Positions 61,748-64,000 of a stretch of DNA of 64,000 nt are shown piece after piece; within the stretch, counting starts at the first letter, position 1, and every line of letters begins with the position of its first letter. The DNA is from Shigella phage phi25-307, in sequence record MG589383; one strand, written 5' to 3'. Below the pieces are notes generated by a model. It worked only from the letters and a program-made list of their open reading frames with translations, was not told where the DNA came from and ran no database searches. The position numbers and the translations under genes were made by a program.

Positions 61748-63262
61748 ATGACTGACATTAAAGTACATTTTTATGATTTTAGTCACGTGCGCATTGAATG
61801 CGACGAAAGTACGTTTTACGAACTTCGTGACTTTTTTAGCTTTGAAGCTGACGGGTATAAATTTAACCCAAAATATCGCTATGGGCAATGGGATGGTAGA
61901 ATTCGACTTTTAGATTACAATCGTTTGTTACCATATGGACTTGTAGGACAAATAAAAAAGTTCTGTAACAATATGAGTTATTCTGTATGGATTGACCCTA
62001 AAATCTTTGAGACTGAAGACCTTACCAGGGAAGATTTTGACGCATGGCTTTCTAAACAAGAAATTTATTCTGGCAACGCCAAAATCGAACCACATTGGTA
62101 TCAAAAAGATGCAGTATATGAAGGACTAGTTAACCGTCGTCGAATTTTAAACCTTCCGACATCAGCAGGTAAATCACTAATCCAAGCACTTTTAGCTCGA
62201 TATTATCTAGAGAACTATGAAGGTAAAATTCTCATTATCGTCCCTACAACAGCATTGACAACCCAGATGGCTAATGATTTTGTTGATTATCGCTTGTTTA
62301 GCCATTCGATGATTAAGAAAATTGGCGGTGGTGCTGATAAAGCAGACAAATCTAAAAACGACGCTCCAATTATTGTTGGCACATGGCAAACTGTAGTTAA
62401 GCAGCCTAAAGAATGGTTCTCTCAGTTCGGTATGATGATGAATGATGAATGTCACTTAGCAACAGGCAAAAGTATTTCTTCAATCATCTCAGGATTAAAT
62501 AATTGCATGTTTAAATTCGGTTTATCTGGCTCATTAAGAGACGGAAAAGCCAATGTAATGCAGTACGTAGGTATGTTCGGTGAAATCTTCCGTCCTGTTA
62601 GCACGTCTAAATTAATGGAAGACGGACAGGTAACTGAGCTTAAGATTAATAGTATTTTCCTTCGTTATCCGGACGAATTCACTGTTAAATTAAAAGGTAA
62701 AACATACCAAGAAGAAGTTAAAATTATTACCGGACTAAAACGACGTACAAAGTGGATTGCTCAACTTTCAGTCAAATTGGCTAAGAAAGACGAGAACGCC
62801 TTTGTAATGTTTAAACACGTTACACACGGTAAAGAAATATTTGAAGCTATTAAAGAGCTTGGATACGAAAAAGTTTATTACGTATCAGGTGAAGTTGATA
62901 CTGAAACACGTAACGCGCTTAAAGTCATGGCAGAAAATGGTAAAGGCATTATTATTGTCGCATCATATGGAGTATTCTCTACTGGTATTTCAGTCAAGAA
63001 TCTTCATCATGTTATTTTCGCCCATGGTGTTAAATCAAAAATTATCGTACTTCAAACCGTAGGTCGCGTGCTTCGTAAGCATGGTTCTAAAGCTGTTGCT
63101 ACAGTTTGGGATCTCATAGATGACGCAGGTGTAAAACCTAAATCATTAAATACTAAAAAGAAGTATACTCATCTTAATTACTTGTTAAAACACGGTATTG
63201 ATCGTATCCAACGTTACGCTGATGAGAAATTTAACTATGTAATGAAAACAATTAATTTATAA
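61748..63262 (+). CDS. uvsW: UvsW DNA/RNA helicase
   Basis: SF2 motifs PTSAGKS, DECH, TVGRVLR; matches T4 UvsW as recalled. Confidence 0.9.
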   Translation: MTDIKVHFYDFSHVRIECDESTFYELRDFFSFEADGYKFNPKYRYGQWDGRIRLLDYNRLLPYGLVGQIKKFCNNMSYSVWIDPKIFETEDLTREDFDAWLSKQEIYSGNAKIEPHWYQKDAVYEGLVNRRRILNLPTSAGKSLIQALLARYYLENYEGKILIIVPTTALTTQMANDFVDYRLFSHSMIKKIGGGADKADKSKNDAPIIVGTWQTVVKQPKEWFSQFGMMMNDECHLATGKSISSIISGLNNCMFKFGLSGSLRDGKANVMQYVGMFGEIFRPVSTSKLMEDGQVTELKINSIFLRYPDEFTVKLKGKTYQEEVKIITGLKRRTKWIAQLSVKLAKKDENAFVMFKHVTHGKEIFEAIKELGYEKVYYVSGEVDTETRNALKVMAENGKGIIIVASYGVFSTGISVKNLHHVIFAHGVKSKIIVLQTVGRVLRKHGSKAVATVWDLIDDAGVKPKSLNTKKKYTHLNYLLKHGIDRIQRYADEKFNYVMKTINL

Positions 63263-63287
63263 GGGCTTCGGCCCTTAGGAGATAAAA

Positions 63288-63521
63288 ATGGTACTTGAAT
63301 TTAAACAATTTTTATACGAAGCATCTATTGACGAATTCATGGGTAAAATTGCTAGTTGTCATACCTTAGAAGGGCTTGAAGAATTGGAAGCTTATTATAA
63401 GAAACGTATAAAAGAAACGGAATTAAAAGATACAGATGATATTTCTGTCAGGGATGCCTTAGCAGGTAAGCGTGCCGAACTTGAAGGCGACGATGATGAG
63501 GATGAGGAAGAAGACTTCTAA
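63288..63521 (+). CDS. uvsW.1: UvsW.1
   Basis: 77 aa with acidic tail; follows uvsW as in T4. Confidence 0.8.
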   Translation: MVLEFKQFLYEASIDEFMGKIASCHTLEGLEELEAYYKKRIKETELKDTDDISVRDALAGKRAELEGDDDEDEEEDF

Positions 63522-63577
63522 TTAAAAAAGGCCCGACCTTTTTGGAAGGGCCAAAACCATAGGCAAAAAAGGTAACA

Positions 63578-63745
63578 CTATAGTAAAAGTTGGGTTTCAT
63601 TCAATTGCTCTTCTGAACTTTCTGAAACCGGCATTTGTTGGACATAATTATAACAAGGACCAGGATGTGCTGGTCCTTTGTCTGTTTCAACAACCAATGC
63701 AGAATCGATTGGAGTTTTACAGACAACACAAATCTTATCTGACAT
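63578..63745 (-). CDS. UvsY.-2-like small Cys-containing protein, 55 aa
   Basis: Hand-translated MSDKICVVCKTPIDSALVVETDKGPAHPGPCYNY...; AGGAGG RBS; TATAAATA on minus strand at 63775-63782. Confidence 0.55.
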   Translation of the reverse strand: MSDKICVVCKTPIDSALVVETDKGPAHPGPCYNYVQQMPVSESSEEQLNETQLLL

Positions 63746-63774
63746 GATTGCCTCCTAAGTTGAAATTACATATC

Positions 63775-63782
63775 TATTTATA
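63775..63782 (-). promoter_or_regulatory. late promoter motif TATAAATA (minus strand) upstream of uvsY.-2
   Basis: Plus strand tatttata, ~30 nt upstream of the ATG at 63745. Confidence 0.4.
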
Positions 63783-64000
63783 CTATTCGCATACACATAT
63801 CGATACCCATATCTTTTGTATAAAAATACTCGTCGATATACCCAGCAAACTTCCCTTTAATATAAAGGACGTCTTCGCCACAAGGATGGTCCGCCAGAAT
63901 AAGAATATCCTGGCAACGTAGACGATACTTTTCCATTAAGAATTTAATTTCGGTTTCAAATTCTTCATCGTTATTAAAGGCATCTTCAATTGAATAACGC
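63778..64000 (-). CDS. hypothetical protein (partial; N-terminus beyond right window edge)
   Basis: Open minus-strand frame from window edge to TAA at 63778-63780; ...DHPCGEDVLYIKGKFAGYIDEYFY... Confidence 0.45.
   Translation of the reverse strand, partial: RYSIEDAFNNDEEFETEIKFLMEKYRLRCQDILILADHPCGEDVLYIKGKFAGYIDEYFYTKDMGIDMCMRIV

Overview
This window is a T4-type (Tevenvirinae) phage segment; the major capsid protein (54924-56492) is near-identical to T4 gp23 as recalled from memory. Left ~27 kb: a minus-strand early/accessory region carrying tk, rI, regB, a host-like GrcA glycyl-radical protein, denV, lysozyme e, nudE, ipII/ipIII plus five extra internal-protein-like genes with the capsid-targeting N-terminus, two tRNAs, 57B(Acb1)/57A and genes 1, 3, 2, 4, interspersed with many small ORFs of unknown function. 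It is punctuated by about 19 sigma70-type early promoters (GTTTAC -35, TAnnnT -10), most with the -10 sitting between short inverted repeats. Centre: the syntenic plus-strand late module 53, 5, 5.1, 5.4, 6-12, wac, 13-20, 67, 68, 21-24, with TATAAATA late promoters and GC-hairpin terminators. Right: rnlB, two small ORFs, hoc and inh on minus, uvsW and uvsW.1 on plus, then uvsY.-2 and a partial ORF. No CRISPR array, integrase, transposase or homing endonuclease was recognised. The best candidates for undescribed biology are in the accessory region: the expanded internal-protein set, a five-member membrane-protein family sharing a C-terminal ENFIKECR-like motif, a membrane-protein/nucleotidyltransferase operon plus a second nucleotidyltransferase-like gene, a macro-domain protein, and a GC-rich untranslated element. 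All homology statements rest on reading the translations against remembered T4 proteins; no database search was run.
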